Below are positions 60,141 through 64,000 of a DNA stretch of 64,000 bases, piece by piece (within the stretch, counting starts at the first letter, position 1; every line of letters starts with the position of its first letter). Origin of the DNA: Stegostoma tigrinum (lineage: Eukaryota); NCBI RefSeq assembly GCF_030684315.1, contig NC_081368.1:45895734-45959733 (forward strand), given 5' to 3'. The notes beneath the pieces were generated by a model that saw only the letters and a program-made list of their open reading frames with translations, made no database searches and was not told the origin of the DNA. The position numbers and the translations under genes were made by a program.

Positions 60141-61229
60141 GGCTGTATGTGAGTTGCTTTCATAAGCCACTGCAGTCCATGTAGTATAGGTGCACCCATA
60201 GTGGGTGTTAGGAAGGGAACTCCAGGAATTTGACCTAGTGACAATCTAATGGTTAAAAAGAAAAGACTTGCATTTAAATTGCAATTTTCATGACAACCAG
60301 AGGTCTCAATATGATTTGCAACCCATGAAACACATGAAGTGAAGATACTATTGTCATTTAGGACACAGAACTGTCACTGTGCACTCACCAACTTTCCAGA
60401 AACACCACTGTGATATCGACCAGATAATTAGATAATGAGTTAAAGGTGCAGTTTCCAAATAAATGGGTATCTTGAATACTGAACTTTAGGTGAATATCAG
60501 CAAAAGCACTACTGAGTGGCTATTTCCAAGGCCACAAACTCAATGAGACCTGACAGCAGATAAGAAGCAAGTTATGACCAGGGAATGAAGGTCAGGCATT
60601 ATGAATAAATACCAGCATAAGAAATGTTGAATAGAATTGTATTAGCCCCACTAATGTAGTTTTGGAAGAAAGGATGGGAGAGGAATTTGTGGAAGTTATA
60701 CAATCGATCTTCCTGCCTTAATACAATCTAGCCAGAGTTAGGGTTAGAATGATACCAATCCTCACTCAGGAGGGGCACGTTGAGCTAGCCATTTGCCTCC
60801 ACACAAAAAAAATGTTAGAAAGGGATAGAGAAGAAAATCTTATTTCTTCTATGTGCATTCTTCTGACTTCATCTGGATCCAACAAATCTTTCAAAGCCAG
60901 TGCAGCCGACAGAAAGAACTTAGCAGCTGCTTCCAAGACAGCAAGTGAGGGCATTTGTTTAGCCTCTGCAATATTTTAATGGGGTCAAAATGACCCAGAA
61001 ATCATTTAGAAAGGCTCATGAAAATCATACCTTCAGAAGTTCAGTACATACCTGTTAAAGATATGCTAGCTTTCAGTAGATTTTGCTTTGGAAGATAGGA
61101 TTTTCTTTGCAGTTGATTTTCTGTTTCTTTAGTTATCTATTCACTTTATTGATTGTAGTTGAATTGCATTCCGCACCTCATAATTCTTTATTCATTACTG
61201 AATGATATTGTGATCACAACGGACAATAA

Positions 61230-62135
61230 CAGAGGGTGATGGTGGAGGGTTGTTTTTCAGACTGGAGGCCTGTGACCAGCAGTGTTGCACAGGGATGGGT
61301 ACTGGATCCACTTCTGTTCGTCATTTATATAAACAGTTTGGATGAGAATATAGGAGGCATGGTTAGTGAGTTTTCAGATGATACCAAAATTAGTAGTATA
61401 ATGGACAGTGAAACACATTGTCTAAGATTACAAAGAAATCCTGTTTGGTAGAACAAACAAGGGCAGGACTTGTAAAATTAATGGCAGGGCCCAAGGTACT
61501 GTTATAGAACAAAGACCTAGGGGTTCAGGTACATAATTCTTTAAAATTTGTATCACAGGTACACAGGGTGGTTAAGAAGGCATTTAGCACACTTGCCTTC
61601 GTTGCTCAGAACTTTTGAGTATAGGAGTTGGGATGTCTCGATAAGTTGTACAGGATGTTGGTGAGGCCTCTTCTGGAGTACTGTGTGCCTTTCTGGTCAA
61701 TATAGGAAGGATATTATTAAATTGGAGAGGGTTCAGAAAAGATTTACCAGGATGTTGCCAGGAATGGAGATTTTGAGTTATAAAAATAGGATAGGCTAGG
61801 CCTTTTTTCACTGGAGCGTAGGAGGTTGAGGGGTGACCTTACAGAGGTTTATAAAATCATGAGTGGCATATTTTTAAGGTATGAGGAGAAAGTTTTATAA
61901 AGGAATGAGGGGCAAGTTTTTTTTTAGAGAGTGGTTTGGTGTGTGGAATAAACTTCCAGAGGAAGTGGTGGATGCAGGTAGTTACAAATTTTAAAAGACA
62001 TTTGGATAAGGACATGAATAAGAAAGGCTTGGAGGGATATGGGCCAAATGCAGGCAAGTGGGACTAGTTTAGTTTGGGAACATGGTCAGCATGGACGAGT
62101 TGAACCAGAGGGTCTGTTTCCATGCTGTATAACTC
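61230..62135 (+). mobile_element. CR1-type LINE 3' fragment
   Basis: SDWRPVTS.V.QG.VL.PLLFVIYIN, FSDDTK. Confidence 0.85.
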
Positions 62136-63189
62136 TAAGTAAATTCATATCTTCAGTATATTGAAGTGTACCAGCAATTGAATGGCAAAATATATTTTTT
62201 CACTACCATCCTTGGTATGATATAATCACAGTCTATCATTTGCTTCATTTGTTTCACTCCTTTTCTATTATCTTCCGTTACTCAACTTATCCTTTCATTG
62301 CCTTCAGTCTTTTGCTGCTCCTTTCTGCTTTTGTTGCATTACATTCTTCCCATCTCATACCTCTACTTCGGATGACTGTCTATACATCATCACCTTGGTT
62401 AAAACCTAACTTGTGTGCAATACCATCTTGCTTCTGTGAAGCCTTCCCACATTGTAAAGATATTTTAGTACTTAGCCTGCCCAAACTGCCAAGTTGGTAG
62501 AGAAGCGCTCAAGACTGAGACAGATGTTAGTTTCTGACTCTTAAATTCACTTGCCCTTTGCTTTGTTCAACCACTCTCATCTTCACTTTTGACCATTTTT
62601 GGCAGAACTTTAATCATGCTTCATCCCTGTTAGTTGCCTCATAATATCTTTCTTTGGCATTCAAGTCCAAGATATGTAAATTTTTGGGTCTCTCTGACAC
62701 ACACTTGCTGACCTATCCCTTACCAAAATCAGATAAAATGTGACCGGATCTCTTTTCTTTTGTGAAAACTACTGCTATTCAAATATTTTAAAGTAGACAT
62801 ATGTAATACCAGAATCCAATTCTCTTTAACCCCTCTCATCTGCCTCATTCAGTGTTACCTTCAAGACATGTCCATTGCATTTCTTTATTATTACAATAGA
62901 GACTATCCATTCAGCTTTGGTGAAGCTTTGGGTTACAGGTCCAAATTTGTCTTTGGGTGTCCATTTCATTCTCAAAATTCTACTTTAAGTAGGGCACAAT
63001 ATTACTGTTGTTTGGGTCAATGGAAGAGAAATGGAAGCATATGTCTTTGCATTGCTCCTGCCTTCTCTTCTGATTTTAGCACGGAGAAAGAGGTGTAGAT
63101 ATAAAAATTTTCTGCGAAGCTGGAATAAATTCTGATTGGAGCCGGTTCCTATCCTGAGTTGCAACACCCCCTGCGCTGGGCTTATAGAC

Positions 63190-64000
63190 AAAGAGAACAA
63201 AGAATAATACAGCACAGGAACAGGCCTTTGGCCCTCCTAGCCTGCGCCGACACATTTTACTCTTCCACACTAAAACTATCTTCACTTACGGGATCCATTT
63301 CCTCTATTCCCTTTCTATTTGTGTATTCATCCAGGTGTCTCTTGAACATTGCTTTGCATCTGCTTACACCACCTCCTCTGGTATGTTCCAGGCACTCACC
63401 ACCCTTTGTGTGACAAACGTGCCACGCATATCTCTTTTAAGCATCCTCCCACTGCTACTTGAAATTGTGTCCCCTAGTAATTGATACCTCTCCCCGGGAA
63501 TAAAGCCTCATACTTTCCACTCTATCCATGACATTCACAATCTTGTAAACTTCTATCAGCTTGCCTCTCAACTGCCTATGTTCCAGTGAAAACAAACCCA
63601 GTATCTCCAACCTTTCTTCATAGCTAAAATCCCCCCATACTAGGCAACATCCTGGTAAACCTTTTCTGTACCCTCTCCAAAGCCTCCACATCCTTCTGGT
63701 AGTGTGGTGACCAGAACTGTATACAATATTCCAAGTGTGGCCTAATTCATGTTCTATAAAGCTACGGTATAACTTGTCGATCCTGAAACTCAACGCACCT
63801 TCCAACAAAGGCAAGCATGCCATAGGCCTTTTTTAAAACAACCTTAACCACCTCCACTGCTTGCAGTGATCTGCAGGCCTGCACACCCAGATCCTCTGCA
63901 TATCAATACTCTTAAGGGTTCTGCTAGTCACTGTAAAATTTCCTTCCAAAATGCATAACTTCACATTTGTCCAGATTAACCTTCATCTACTATTTTTCTG
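63190..64000 (-). mobile_element. CR1-type LINE 3' fragment running off the window end
   Basis: FSYEERLEILGLFSLE..LRG.LIEVYKI. Confidence 0.85.

Overview
Vertebrate genomic DNA, most likely a shark or other cartilaginous fish (inferred from the CR1-type LINEs, Penelope-like elements and SINEs). It holds two intron-containing genes in a head-to-head arrangement. (1) On the minus strand, 4954-11975, I assembled 10 coding exons with GT-AG junctions and matching phases into an ~877-aa protein: three tandem GPR1/FUN34/YaaH (SatP/AceTr, acetate-succinate channel)-like units fused in frame to a C-terminal YrdC/TsaC-like (carbamoyl-adenylate-forming) domain. (2) On the plus strand, 25415-29093, six coding exons encode an ~493-aa cis-aconitate decarboxylase (ACOD1/IRG1-like, the itaconate-producing enzyme) with a mitochondrial-presequence-like N-terminus. 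Both putative promoters are CpG-enriched with a TATA box and myeloid/inflammatory motifs. The best candidate for an undescribed system is this pair, read as a possible itaconate module (synthase, carboxylate channel and adenylating domain); the functional link is inference. The rest is mostly repeats: Penelope-like elements with minimal hammerhead ribozymes and ~14-bp target-site duplications, CR1 LINE fragments, a decayed Gmr1-type Gypsy element, Harbinger remnants, SINEs and a 316-nt assembly gap. All calls were made by eye, without database searches.
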